From a virus: a stretch of DNA of 64,000 nucleotides. The notes under the pieces were generated by a model. It ran no database searches. It was given only the letters and a program-made list of their open reading frames with translations, and was not told the origin of the DNA. A program made the translations under genes and the position numbers. The stretch's first letter is position 1. Every line of letters starts with the position of its first letter. The stretch lies in the IMG/VR virus record IMGVR_UViG_3300027503_000002; one strand, written 5' to 3'. This document shows, one piece after another, positions 37,957 through 48,334 of the stretch.

Positions 37957-38648
37957 GTGTCTCCGGGGGTCCAGATATAGTTGAAAATGGTTTAGTTTTA
38001 TGTTTGGATGCGGGGAACACAAAGAGTTACCCCGGTTCTGGGACAGTTTGGACTGATTTGAGTAGGAATGGAAATAATGTCACTCTAATAAATGGACCAA
38101 CATTTAGCAGTGCAAATGGGGGTATTATTGCATTTGACGGAAGCAATGATTATGGCTCATGCGCAATAAGTTTATCTAGTTCTAATATGACTATAGAAAT
38201 GGCATTTAGGCAAAATAGCGGGGGTCAAAGCTGGGTTGATTTTGCAGTTTTAGACGATGGAACAAATAACCTTTTGTTAGAGTATGGAGGATTTAACGGA
38301 GTACCAAATACAAACGGCCATTTAAGATATTATGGAAGTGCTATTAATGGAGCAGCAAGCGATGCATTAGCTTCAGCTTCTCAATTTCCGGCGGATGGGA
38401 AAATACATGTTTTGGGATTATCAGTTACTTCTTCTACTGCAACTTCTTATTTTGACGGCGTCTTACAAGGAACAGCTTCATTTAGTCCGACAATAAATTT
38501 TACAAGATTAGTGCTTGCAAATGATTTATTAAGAACAAGCAGAAATTGCGCTTGTAATATATATTATGCGAAACTGTATAATCGTGGATTATCTAGCAGC
38601 GAAATCCGTCAAAACTACAACGCCACAAAAGGTCGCTTTCGACTCTAA
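37953..38648 (+). CDS. LamG/concanavalin-A-like lectin protein
   Basis: Third paralog with the same N- and C-terminal motifs. Confidence 0.75.
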   Translation: MSVSGGPDIVENGLVLCLDAGNTKSYPGSGTVWTDLSRNGNNVTLINGPTFSSANGGIIAFDGSNDYGSCAISLSSSNMTIEMAFRQNSGGQSWVDFAVLDDGTNNLLLEYGGFNGVPNTNGHLRYYGSAINGAASDALASASQFPADGKIHVLGLSVTSSTATSYFDGVLQGTASFSPTINFTRLVLANDLLRTSRNCACNIYYAKLYNRGLSSSEIRQNYNATKGRFRL

Positions 38649-38668
38649 TTCCAGTGTAAATTATAAAA

Positions 38669-39583
38669 ATGCCTAATATTTTAATCAACCCTAATTCTGG
38701 CATCCTAGAGTTCAATACTGGAACTACAGGTTCTTCGTCTTTAGACGCTTCTCTAAGTGGCGCAGTAAGACTTGCCTTTTCTAATAGCGGCACGCTTGGA
38801 GTTCAAAGTTTTTCTACTGGAACAGTTGATAAGTTTTTCGTTGAGGGCATAAACGGACGCTTATTTGGTGTTGACGATGTAATGACTGGCTCACTTATGA
38901 GCGTTAACGACATTGCGGGCCTGCCAATTTTGGAAGTATTTAGTGATGATAGGGTTGTGATGGGACAATACGCCTCAAATACCTTGCACGTTTCGGGTGA
39001 CTGGGCTGCTGTAAAGGCGCTGCCAATCAGCGGCATTTCTCTTAATGTTTCTGGCGTCAGCAGATTTAACACAACTGGATTAGTAATTTCAGGCGATTCG
39101 ATTTCAGCCAGTGGTAAATTCTCACTTTCTTCAGGTACAACGGGCAGGGCTACATTTAATATTCCGCACGGCATTGCACCAACCTCTCCAGTTGATGGCG
39201 ACATTTGGACGACAACTTCTGGAATGTACGTAAGGGTTAGCGGCTCAACAGTAGGGCCGCTGGGACCACAATTCTTTTTAGTTTCTGGTTTTACTGGCAC
39301 TGGTCTTACGCTAGAGCGCGGGCATGCGGGCGATTATATCAGAACCACTGCCGCAACAGCAGTAACCGTTACTGTGCCGCCAACATCAGTCGTCGCTTGG
39401 CCAACTGACTGCGAAATTATGCTGGAGCAAGCTGGCGCTGGTCAGGTTACTTTTGCCACAGGAACAGGGGTCGTGATTAACACTAGCGAGACTCTCAAAA
39501 CACAGAAACAGTACTCGGTAGTAGCATTAAAAAATGTCTCTGGAGATGTCTGGACATTGTTTGGAGAAAGAGAACTCGTTTAA
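38669..39583 (+). CDS. tail fibre/spike-related protein
   Basis: APTSPVDGDIW motif; C-terminal QAGAGQVTF..QYS..W.LFG domain. Confidence 0.55.
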   Translation: MPNILINPNSGILEFNTGTTGSSSLDASLSGAVRLAFSNSGTLGVQSFSTGTVDKFFVEGINGRLFGVDDVMTGSLMSVNDIAGLPILEVFSDDRVVMGQYASNTLHVSGDWAAVKALPISGISLNVSGVSRFNTTGLVISGDSISASGKFSLSSGTTGRATFNIPHGIAPTSPVDGDIWTTTSGMYVRVSGSTVGPLGPQFFLVSGFTGTGLTLERGHAGDYIRTTAATAVTVTVPPTSVVAWPTDCEIMLEQAGAGQVTFATGTGVVINTSETLKTQKQYSVVALKNVSGDVWTLFGERELV

Positions 39584-39598
39584 TATAATATATAAAAT

Positions 39599-40108
39599 AT
39601 GCAAACTTTCCTTTACAATTTAAATACCCAAAAAAGGGAAGGGGAGATCCGAGAGGGGCGATATTTAGTTGATGGCCAACCTGGGATATTGCCAGACTTT
39701 CTTATAGAGCTTGAGATTGAAAAGCGTCCAGATCCATTTTTTGATCCTGCTACTCAAGTCCTTGAAGGGCGATCTTTTGCAGATTTACTTAATTTTAAAT
39801 GGGTTGAAGAAACTTATGTTAGAAATTTAACTCAAGATGAGATTAACGAAAGGTTACCCAAGCCTCCAGATACTTGCACTCCGAGGCAGCTAAGAATAGC
39901 ATTAATACAAACAGGAATATCTCTTTCTACAATAGAAGCACAAATCGATGGAATTTCAGATCCAGTTCAAAGAGAAATTGCCCGTGCGGAATGGGAATAT
40001 GCGTTAGAAATAAAAAAACAACACCCTCTCGTCGGAATGATCGCTTCAACTTTAAATTTAAACGAGCAGCAAGTTAGTGATATATTTGCATTAGCTGTGA
40101 CATTATAA
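39599..40108 (+). CDS. tail fibre assembly-like protein
   Basis: TPRQLRIAL..EWEYA..HPLV..IFALA pattern typical of fibre-associated proteins. Confidence 0.5.
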   Translation: MQTFLYNLNTQKREGEIREGRYLVDGQPGILPDFLIELEIEKRPDPFFDPATQVLEGRSFADLLNFKWVEETYVRNLTQDEINERLPKPPDTCTPRQLRIALIQTGISLSTIEAQIDGISDPVQREIARAEWEYALEIKKQHPLVGMIASTLNLNEQQVSDIFALAVTL

Positions 40109-40116
40109 AGTGAAGT

Positions 40117-42321
40117 ATGAGCTTATCGTTCTCGACGCCATTAAGAAGAAATAAACCTAGAAGAAATGCTTTTATTATTTCTGCTGGAAGCTCCTCTTCT
40201 TTCGCTATTGATAAAAACGGTAAAACATGGGGATGGGGAGACAATACTAATGGAAAATTAGGAAATAATACGACAACAGAGCGCACTACACCAACAAGTA
40301 TTGCGGGAAGTGTTAAAACATTTTGTCAAATAGACAATGGATCGACCTTCTGTTCTGCTATTGATAAAAATGGTTTAGTTTGGGGATGGGGTTATGGAAA
40401 TTATGGACAATTAGGAAATGGAACTACTACAGGTGCAATGTTAACTCCCGTCAGTGTTACTGGAGTACGTAAGACATTTTGCAAAGTTGCTGTAGGGCAA
40501 AACCATGTAATTGCAATAGATCAGTACGGAAGAGCGTGGGCATGGGGAATAAATCAATATGGACAATTGGGAGATAATACTACAGTCAGCAAACGAACGC
40601 CGATAAGTGTACTTGGAGCAGTTAAAACTTTTTGTTCTTTAGCCGCAACTGCGGTTTTGGGCTCATCTTTAGCTATAGATAAAAATGGTCGGGTTTGGGG
40701 TTGGGGATATAATGGACGAGGACAGCTAGGCAGTAATTCAGTTTCCCAGCAAAATACTCCAGTTGCTATAGCTGGAGTGCTCAAAACTTTTTGTAAAATT
40801 GCTATGGGAAATGCGCACACTATTGCAATAGATAAAAATGGAAGACTTTGGGGATGGGGCTATAACAGGTATGGACAGTTGGGAAATAATGGAACTGGGA
40901 GCCAAAGAACTCCTGTTAGTATTCTGGGTGCAGTAAAAACTTTTTGTCATATAAATAATGGATATGATGTTTCTTATGCACTTGATAAGAACGGTAGAGC
41001 GTGGGCATGGGGAAATAACTCTGGAGGCGTCCTTGGAGATGGAAGCCTAATAGATAGATTTACTCCAGTTAGTGTCGCGGGAACTATTAAAACATTTTGT
41101 CAAATATCAGGAGGGATAGCTCATGCTATTGCTGTTGATAAAAATGGTAGATCTTGGGGGTGGGGGCAAAATGATATTGGTCCATTAGGAATCGGCTCAT
41201 TTCCGTTTAAATGCACTCCAGCAGCTATAGCAGGATCTATAAAAACTTTTTGTGAAATATACTCTGATTCTCATGTGGCGGCAATAGATAAAAATGGCAG
41301 GATTTGGGGATGGGGTATAAATGCTCAATATGGAACTCTTGGAGATGGCACTACCGTAATAATGAGAAAAACTCCAGTAAGTTTAGCGGGAGCTGTTAAA
41401 ACATTTTGTAAAATAATAACTTCTGCTGGAGGCGTCCATACACTCGCTATTGATAAAAATGGCCGAGCTTGGGGATGGGGATGGAATGGATATTTGCAAC
41501 TTGGAGACGGAACTAGCTCCAATCGCTGCACTCCAGTAAGCGTTGCTGGAGCAGTTAAAACATTTTGTGAAATTGGTGCGGGCAGAGGTCAAGGTTCAGC
41601 CATAGATAAAAATGGTCAAGTATGGATGTGGGGACTTAATAACACTAATCAGCTTGGCAATGGAACTTTTTCAAATTCTGCTACGCCGGTTAAAATTGGA
41701 GGTTTAGTTAAAACATTTTGTAAAATATCTACAGGTGAAAATTGGACCCTCGCAATTGAAAAGAATGGTCAAGTTTGGGCTTGGGGAAGAAATGCAAATA
41801 ATCAAACTGGAACAGGTGGTGGTGTAAATATAGCAACTCCAACAAAGATTATCGGTCTTGCAAAAACATTTTGCAAAGTAGAAGCTGCAAGAATTCATTC
41901 TATGGCTATTGATAAAAATGGCCGAGCTTGGGGATGGGGCGATAATGGATATGGAAAAATTGGAGATAATACTGTAACCTTTAGAACATCGCCAGTAAGT
42001 GTCGCCGGTGCGGTAAAAACTTTTTGCCATATAAGTGCTGGACCTAATCATACACTTGCTATTGATAAAAATGGAAGAGCATGGGCATGGGGCTTCAATC
42101 ATCGCGGTCAATTAGGCGACAACAGCAGAACTAGCCGAAGAACTCCTGTTAGTGTTGCTGGAGCAATTAAAACATTCTGCAAAATAAACTCTGGATCTAA
42201 TAATTCAATAGCTATTGATAAAAATGGAAAAGTCTGGGCTTGGGGAGATAATCCATTTGGAAGCAACGGGGATAACACTTCAGCTTTATCAGAAACTCCT
42301 GTGCAAATTTGTAGTATTTAA
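40117..42321 (+). CDS. RCC1/BLIP-II repeat protein (14 repeats)
   Basis: 14 x [AIDKNG.(A/V)W(G/A)WG.N..GQLG...TP......KTFC]. Confidence 0.9.
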   Translation: MSLSFSTPLRRNKPRRNAFIISAGSSSSFAIDKNGKTWGWGDNTNGKLGNNTTTERTTPTSIAGSVKTFCQIDNGSTFCSAIDKNGLVWGWGYGNYGQLGNGTTTGAMLTPVSVTGVRKTFCKVAVGQNHVIAIDQYGRAWAWGINQYGQLGDNTTVSKRTPISVLGAVKTFCSLAATAVLGSSLAIDKNGRVWGWGYNGRGQLGSNSVSQQNTPVAIAGVLKTFCKIAMGNAHTIAIDKNGRLWGWGYNRYGQLGNNGTGSQRTPVSILGAVKTFCHINNGYDVSYALDKNGRAWAWGNNSGGVLGDGSLIDRFTPVSVAGTIKTFCQISGGIAHAIAVDKNGRSWGWGQNDIGPLGIGSFPFKCTPAAIAGSIKTFCEIYSDSHVAAIDKNGRIWGWGINAQYGTLGDGTTVIMRKTPVSLAGAVKTFCKIITSAGGVHTLAIDKNGRAWGWGWNGYLQLGDGTSSNRCTPVSVAGAVKTFCEIGAGRGQGSAIDKNGQVWMWGLNNTNQLGNGTFSNSATPVKIGGLVKTFCKISTGENWTLAIEKNGQVWAWGRNANNQTGTGGGVNIATPTKIIGLAKTFCKVEAARIHSMAIDKNGRAWGWGDNGYGKIGDNTVTFRTSPVSVAGAVKTFCHISAGPNHTLAIDKNGRAWAWGFNHRGQLGDNSRTSRRTPVSVAGAIKTFCKINSGSNNSIAIDKNGKVWAWGDNPFGSNGDNTSALSETPVQICSI

Positions 42322-42323
42322 TT

Positions 42324-43067
42324 ATGACTAAACCAGTTCTTGTTATAACTCACGAACGCTCTGGCACACATCTTGTTATCAATTCGATAAACTACGAAAA
42401 AAAAGGTGAATTTTTGACCGTTGGTTATACGCCAAATAATATAGATTTTAATTTAAAAGGCTATAAGCATATAACTTATAAGGATATTATGTGCAATGCC
42501 TGTTTCTTGGACTCGGTTAATAAATCTCATCACCAAGTAGAGTTTATGAAGGATTATTTAGATTTTTTATTTAGCAAGTATAGGGTTATTTACGTTAAGC
42601 GCGATATCAAGGATGTATTAAATAGCTATTATAAATTTATCCCAAAGCCAGAACAAAAAGATTTTCCAGTGTTTGAAGAATGGGTGTTTTCCAAGCCTGA
42701 TGATATTGGCAGAAAGTTTCTACAGCCTTATGCACCTGATCCACATATAATTATTGAACCAGAAAATTATATTCATCGATGGTTCTTGCATACCAGCGGC
42801 TGGCTCAAGCACAAAGATAAAATGCTTGTAGTTAATTATGAGGATATGCTTACAGATTACCAGCATCAAAAACAAAGAATTGAAAGCTGGATTGAAAAAA
42901 AGATTGCGGATAAGATCCCAGATGTTCACGACAAGTCTTTACCAAACTTCGGCCCCGTCAAAGGAAAGATCGGCGGACATAAGGAAGTTATGTCAGAAAA
43001 ATTAGCCGCGAAGATTGAAGATTTGCTGTCTCTTTATAATATTAAAGAGACGAATGAAAAAGGATAA
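42324..43067 (+). CDS. PAPS-dependent sulfotransferase
   Basis: 5'-PSB loop ITHERSGTH, 3'-PB motif KRDIKDVLNSYY, VNYEDM, KGKIGG. Confidence 0.8.
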   Translation: MTKPVLVITHERSGTHLVINSINYEKKGEFLTVGYTPNNIDFNLKGYKHITYKDIMCNACFLDSVNKSHHQVEFMKDYLDFLFSKYRVIYVKRDIKDVLNSYYKFIPKPEQKDFPVFEEWVFSKPDDIGRKFLQPYAPDPHIIIEPENYIHRWFLHTSGWLKHKDKMLVVNYEDMLTDYQHQKQRIESWIEKKIADKIPDVHDKSLPNFGPVKGKIGGHKEVMSEKLAAKIEDLLSLYNIKETNEKG

Positions 43068-44652
43068 CTTAGTTTTAACCATCTCGATTGGCGATTATTA
43101 CAACGAAGTAGCAAAGCTCACGCTACCTTCTATCCAAAAGTATGCGGAGAAAATCGGCGCCGATTTTCTAAACGTCACAGAGTTCAACAAATACTACATT
43201 ACCCAAAAGTGGAATAAGTTCCTGATTGGCGAACTCTTAAATCAGTACAAGCGAATCATTTATCTTGATATTGATATTTTAATCAGAGATGATTGCCCCA
43301 ACTTGTTTGAAGTTGTCCCAGAGACTAAGCTGGGAATGTTCAATGAGGGCCGTTATGCGCCAAGGTTTGAGTATCTGGAACAAGCCTCGGAGTACTACAA
43401 GGAGCCATTGAAGAAGTGGAACGGCAAGTTCTACAATTCGGGCGTAATGGTTATCTCCCGAATCCACAAGCAGATCTTCAGACTTCCGCGAGGCATTGAT
43501 TTCGTAGAAACTGATCAGCCATTCATCAATCTGCGAATTTTAAATGATAAGGTTGATATGTTTGACCTCCACTACGACTTTAATCGTATGGATATCTTGG
43601 ATAAGTTCTGCGGCATCTCGCGCCTAAACTCGTATATCGTTCACTACGCTGGTGCGCCAAAAGATATGCAAATGGGCGTTATCTACAAGGATATCCTTCA
43701 ATGGGAAAAAGACAAGGAGGAGGGCTACAAGTATAAGCGAAACATCCTTATTAGCGTAACAGCAGGAATGGGCGACCAGCTATGTTCAGAGCCTGCTATC
43801 CGCTATACTCAGAAGCTTTATCCTGACGCTAATATCACTGTTGTATCGCACTTCCCTCGTCTCTTTGAGCACCTTAGCTGCCCCGTGGTTAATTATGATC
43901 AATGGAAGGGAATTAATGACGCTATCTTGACAATGCATACTTGCCCTGACGATGAGCAGTCAGAACACAAGATGTCACACGTTCTGTTCCACCCAACAGA
44001 CTTTGCCTCGATGTCAATGATCAAGCGTACTATCCCACACACTGACAAGACGATTCAACTCAAGCTAGATGCAGAGGATGTCAGTTATGTTATCGACTTA
44101 TTTAAAGACAAGAAGCCTGAAAAGCCTACTGTTGTGGTTCACGCTGGTCGCTGGTGGCCCTCAAAGACTTTGCCAGTTGAGTGGTGGCAGTCTATTGTGG
44201 ATAAACTGTCGGAAAAGCTTACAGTTGTGCTGATTGGCAAGAGCATTGACGAGAAACAGGGCTATCTACCAATCAAAGTTCCACAGGACGGCTACGATCT
44301 CCGCGATCTGACCACTCTTGGGCAATTATTTGCCTTAATTTCACTGTCTAGATGCCTTGTAACGAATGATTCATCACCGCTTCATATTGCTGGTGCTTTT
44401 GATAATTGGATTGTGACATTCCCAACCTGTAAGCATGAAGATCACATCCTTCCATATAGAAACGGTACTCAGTCTTACAAAACCAAGGCTCTCCGTAAAG
44501 ATCTGTTGCTCGATGGTCTAGAAATCCGTCACACTGAGTTCAAGCACGATACTATCGATCTTATCCCCAAGGGTAAGACTCTCTGGGATTATCTCCCAGA
44601 TGCCGATACCGTAGTTAAGGAAGTTATGGACATTTACGATAACAAGCGATGA
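43054..44652 (+). CDS. bifunctional glycosyltransferase (GT8-like + GT9-like)
   Basis: N-half YLDID, YNSGVMV, DQ, IVHYAG (GT-A); C-half GMGDQL, HAG..KTLP, TNDSSPLHIAGA (GT-B, heptosyltransferase-like); ATG at 43054. Confidence 0.8.
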   Translation: MKKDNLVLTISIGDYYNEVAKLTLPSIQKYAEKIGADFLNVTEFNKYYITQKWNKFLIGELLNQYKRIIYLDIDILIRDDCPNLFEVVPETKLGMFNEGRYAPRFEYLEQASEYYKEPLKKWNGKFYNSGVMVISRIHKQIFRLPRGIDFVETDQPFINLRILNDKVDMFDLHYDFNRMDILDKFCGISRLNSYIVHYAGAPKDMQMGVIYKDILQWEKDKEEGYKYKRNILISVTAGMGDQLCSEPAIRYTQKLYPDANITVVSHFPRLFEHLSCPVVNYDQWKGINDAILTMHTCPDDEQSEHKMSHVLFHPTDFASMSMIKRTIPHTDKTIQLKLDAEDVSYVIDLFKDKKPEKPTVVVHAGRWWPSKTLPVEWWQSIVDKLSEKLTVVLIGKSIDEKQGYLPIKVPQDGYDLRDLTTLGQLFALISLSRCLVTNDSSPLHIAGAFDNWIVTFPTCKHEDHILPYRNGTQSYKTKALRKDLLLDGLEIRHTEFKHDTIDLIPKGKTLWDYLPDADTVVKEVMDIYDNKR

Positions 44653-45188
44653 ATAAATTTAGTTCCTTCCGCCCGCTCATGCACGAACATGAGTACAAGT
44701 TTATTGAAAAGTATCTAAATAAAAATGACACGTTGCTTGAGTTTGGTAGTGGCAATAGCACTGTTTATTTTTCTGGATTGGTGAAGAAGGTAATTTCCAT
44801 CGAGCACGACATCGACTGGATTAAAAATATCCAAAAGATCGTTAATGCTTACGATATCCAGAATATCGAACTGATCTATCAAGCCGCTCACTCTCCAGAT
44901 CCAAAGCCTTGCAGATACGAACAGTTCAAGGACTACATTCATTTGCCTGCAACCAAGAAGCTAAAGTTCACCAAGGCGCTGATTGATGGTCGCGCGCGTA
45001 AGTATTGCGCCAAGTATCTTTGGGATATTATTGATCAGGATGTGCTGGTATTCATCCATGACTTCAATCGCTCTGATTATCAGATGGCTCTGAAGTATTA
45101 CGATCTGGTTGAGATGCTGACAGAAGGTCAAGGAATTGCGGCTTTAAGAAAAAAGCCAGAAGTGGTAAAAGAAGACTTTTACTACTAA
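44649..45188 (+). CDS. class I SAM-dependent methyltransferase (glycan O-methyltransferase-like)
   Basis: LEFGSGNST, SIEHD, LIDGRAR, IHDF. Confidence 0.75.
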   Translation: MNKFSSFRPLMHEHEYKFIEKYLNKNDTLLEFGSGNSTVYFSGLVKKVISIEHDIDWIKNIQKIVNAYDIQNIELIYQAAHSPDPKPCRYEQFKDYIHLPATKKLKFTKALIDGRARKYCAKYLWDIIDQDVLVFIHDFNRSDYQMALKYYDLVEMLTEGQGIAALRKKPEVVKEDFYY

Positions 45189-45190
45189 TA

Positions 45191-45220
45191 AAAAACCCCC
45201 GAATTTCTTCGGGGGTTTTT
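45191..45220. terminator. bidirectional intrinsic terminator
   Basis: AAAAACCCCCGAA-TTTC-TTCGGGGGTTTTT between convergent genes. Confidence 0.85.
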
Positions 45221-45238
45221 GTTTTAGGTCAGTTCAGG

Positions 45239-46393
45239 TTAGATACTGGGAGTATAAGCAGTGTTCTGTACCCATACGAAGACGCCGTTTGTGGTGTCCT
45301 GTGGGCTACCGATCTGAGTAGTGAAGCTCAGGTCAACGCTCTTATTGTCGCCAATTGCGCTTGAGAAGTTCTCGCTTACCAGCTTGGCGCCTCTGATCTC
45401 ATAGATAACGCGATCATTAGCACCGGGCAGCTTGAACGCGAAGGCAAGGTTCTTTGTGGTATCGGCGTTAAGCAGGGTCTCGATTGCACCGCTGGACTTG
45501 AGGTCAGCAACAATTGCGCTCATATTGACAGTTACCTCTACAGGGAAGTCAATAACCTTGGTGAAGCCGAAGCGGCTACCAAGACGCTCAAGGGTGGTAC
45601 GACCAATTGGAATCTCAATTGAGAGGTTCTGGATGTGAGCAGCAGTATTGTTGAATGGAGAACCTTCAACACCAGTGGGCAGTTCAGCGACTACGCCATC
45701 AGGCAGGATTACTGTGATGTCGCCGGGGCGAAGCGCGGAAACGCCTACGCTGCCAGTAACTGGGGCAGGAAGTTGGAAAAGGCTTGCAGATCCAGTTCCA
45801 GCCTCAACGAAGATACCGGGGACAACGCCAGAAGAGCCGCTGATAACGTTAACGTTAAGACCTTCACAGGTTACCGAAACAGTGGGAAGACCACCTACTG
45901 CGGCTTCTACAGTGTAGTTTGTGATATAAGCGTTGCCGATACCGATTGTTCTGGCAACTCCAGAATTTTGATAAATTCCGGTAGCGGAACCGTTGGCGTC
46001 GTTACCCTCTGCTACGGTGAGGATATGGAAGTTACGGCCAGATACGATACCAATGTTATTGGTTGCGTTGCTGGAATCGACGAGTCCACTGATGAATGAT
46101 CCAGCAGCAGAGCTTGTTCCTACGTTAAATCCAAGGGCAGTTTCGTTATTACCAGTAGTAAGGTAGTAAGAGAAGTCAAGGTTTACAGTAGGAGCCTCGA
46201 TTGAGATTTGGTCAATACGAGCAAGGTTACCAAATTGGTTAACGTCTTGGCGATTGATAGTAAAGCCATAGTTGGCTGACTGAACGCGGTGAAGCTGTCT
46301 AATGATGCTGGATGCGTGGGTGGCTGTCGGAACAGCTGTACCGTCTGCGACATAAAGAGCTTCTGATTGATAAATTACTCTGTTGCGTGCCAT
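45239..46393 (-). CDS. major tail tube protein
   Basis: MARNRVIYQSEALY start, beta-rich, highly biased codons like the MCP, near chaperones and tape measure. Confidence 0.65.
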   Translation of the reverse strand: MARNRVIYQSEALYVADGTAVPTATHASSIIRQLHRVQSANYGFTINRQDVNQFGNLARIDQISIEAPTVNLDFSYYLTTGNNETALGFNVGTSSAAGSFISGLVDSSNATNNIGIVSGRNFHILTVAEGNDANGSATGIYQNSGVARTIGIGNAYITNYTVEAAVGGLPTVSVTCEGLNVNVISGSSGVVPGIFVEAGTGSASLFQLPAPVTGSVGVSALRPGDITVILPDGVVAELPTGVEGSPFNNTAAHIQNLSIEIPIGRTTLERLGSRFGFTKVIDFPVEVTVNMSAIVADLKSSGAIETLLNADTTKNLAFAFKLPGANDRVIYEIRGAKLVSENFSSAIGDNKSVDLSFTTQIGSPQDTTNGVFVWVQNTAYTPSI

Positions 46394-46452
46394 AAGTTGT
46401 TAGTTAAGAAGGTTTGAAATACTTTACATTTTTTTATCTAAAAATGGAATAA

Positions 46453-47289
46453 TTAAGCTCTTGGATGGCGGTACTTGACGACTTCAAAATCAATAAAGCC
46501 GATATAAGGCTTAGCGTTGCCTCCTCTAGCGCGAGAGTCTTTGAGCTTAGAGCAAACTACTTCATCAATAAAAAAGTCATTCTGATTTATAACAGAAGAA
46601 TCATAAGAGTATGTTCCGTTTTTGACATCTCCATATTCTGTGAGCGGGTATCCAGTAAAGTCCTTGTATTTAAAGCTACTAGATTTAGCGTCGGCAAAAA
46701 TAGACAGAACGCCGTCAAGTTGATAGGGGTTATCGGTAAAAACGACGCACTTCACAAATGAGCGGCTTTCATCTTCTCCACCAAACGAAAACGGAGAATT
46801 ATAAGTAGAGTCATTTGCAATAAAGATAGCTGGAGCAACTTGATCATATGGCGGTATATATTTGCCAGTCCAAGGAAATTTTTTATTCGCGTCGAGGTTG
46901 TTATCTAGAATCAGGTCGTCCTCGTTTTCGTTAGTAAGATAGATATTGAAATCCTTAACCGCAAAAGATCCTGTGACCGCAACTCCTGTAGAAACGCCGC
47001 TAATTAGCGCTCTACCATTGATATAGTCTATAATAACCCCATCGTTGCGACCCTTAAAAACTCCCGAAACATGAACGCCGCTAGGAATACTTGCTCCAGT
47101 AATTGTGGAGTCGTATACAAACTGTTTGTAAGGAGTACCGAAAGCTTTGTAAGTGGTTGATATTCTTGGGTCTGCATAATAAGTGAAAGTGCCAGTCTGA
47201 TTGCTATAAGCCTCACCCTTCTCTAAAAGATAGTGATCAAGCCATAGAGCAAAAGATGTCGTTACGTTATGTTGATATTGCGGTTTCAT
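46453..47289 (-). CDS. putative tail terminator/completion protein
   Basis: Position immediately before the tail tube in transcription order. Confidence 0.45.
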   Translation of the reverse strand: MKPQYQHNVTTSFALWLDHYLLEKGEAYSNQTGTFTYYADPRISTTYKAFGTPYKQFVYDSTITGASIPSGVHVSGVFKGRNDGVIIDYINGRALISGVSTGVAVTGSFAVKDFNIYLTNENEDDLILDNNLDANKKFPWTGKYIPPYDQVAPAIFIANDSTYNSPFSFGGEDESRSFVKCVVFTDNPYQLDGVLSIFADAKSSSFKYKDFTGYPLTEYGDVKNGTYSYDSSVINQNDFFIDEVVCSKLKDSRARGGNAKPYIGFIDFEVVKYRHPRA

Positions 47290-47875
47290 CTAATAGGTTT
47301 ATCTTTTTTTCGAAGTTAGCCAATATAGCGCTAATGTATTTTACATTTTTAAATCTAGTTTTTCTTCTAATATTTTTACTTGTTTGGATAGCGGTGTCAG
47401 ATCTGGATGTCGGAAGATCTTCTCGCAGGGTGTAAAAGTACTGGCCAATACCGGAAATTCCTGTTTCGATGCCTTTCGCCCAACTGCGCCCCGGAGCCCA
47501 AGGCATTGGCGAGACATCCCATATGTCTTCTTTTGCTGGAATAAATACGTTCCAAATTACCCCGCCATCAATCAATCTAGAAAAGGTAATGGTGCTTTTC
47601 TGAAACGCCTCTGTTATTGGCGATATCGGATCGTCTCCGTTATAAAAACCAATATAAGAAAAAAGATTACCATAGCCATCGAGAGTTCCGCTAATGTTTT
47701 GAGCCGTTGGACCAGCTTCGATTTCTTTTGTAACAGGGTGTCTAAGAAATTCATTGATCGTTTCTCTTTTTATCCTTTCGAAAGCTAAGAAAACACGCCT
47801 TTCTACGCTATTTTTTAATATTGGCGCGACATCTTTATTGATTTTTTTTGCAACATTTGCTGGGATCTTCGCCAT
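47267..47875 (-). CDS. putative neck/tail completion protein
   Basis: Position; basic C-terminus. Confidence 0.4.
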   Translation of the reverse strand: MAKIPANVAKKINKDVAPILKNSVERRVFLAFERIKRETINEFLRHPVTKEIEAGPTAQNISGTLDGYGNLFSYIGFYNGDDPISPITEAFQKSTITFSRLIDGGVIWNVFIPAKEDIWDVSPMPWAPGRSWAKGIETGISGIGQYFYTLREDLPTSRSDTAIQTSKNIRRKTRFKNVKYISAILANFEKKINLLDETAIST

Positions 47876-47877
47876 AA

Positions 47878-48327
47878 TTACTCGTTAATTGGGGATAGGA
47901 TGAATGAATAATATCTTGGCCCAAACATTCCATAAGGCTTTGAATCAGAAGAGATTGCATATCTACGACCATCAAATTCGACACGACGAGCTTCTTTTAG
48001 AACAGTGTAGGCAGAAGCTGGCACTTTGATTTTAACGCTGCCAGCAGGATAGTCTATTTTTTGCTGAGTATCGGCTCCGGGTACTGGGGCTTTGGCCTGA
48101 TCTAAGTACTTAATCTTAGCCTGAAATGTATTGGAAACAGTTGTGAACTCCTTGTTTTCTACAGCTGGAACGTCTCTATCGTAAAAATAATTATAACTAG
48201 CTGAAGTGGAGATCACAGTCTCTCTGGGGTTAGAGTATACGGTTATCTGCCTAGAGAAGGTATCAAACACATCATCAATCACTTCATTGATAAAGTTTTT
48301 CTGCGCGTCTGAGAGGTAAGATGCCAT
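47878..48327 (-). CDS. putative head-closure protein
   Basis: Beta-rich; VEFDGRRYAI pattern of head-closure proteins. Confidence 0.45.
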   Translation of the reverse strand: MASYLSDAQKNFINEVIDDVFDTFSRQITVYSNPRETVISTSASYNYFYDRDVPAVENKEFTTVSNTFQAKIKYLDQAKAPVPGADTQQKIDYPAGSVKIKVPASAYTVLKEARRVEFDGRRYAISSDSKPYGMFGPRYYSFILSPINE

Positions 48328-48334
48328 ATTTTAC

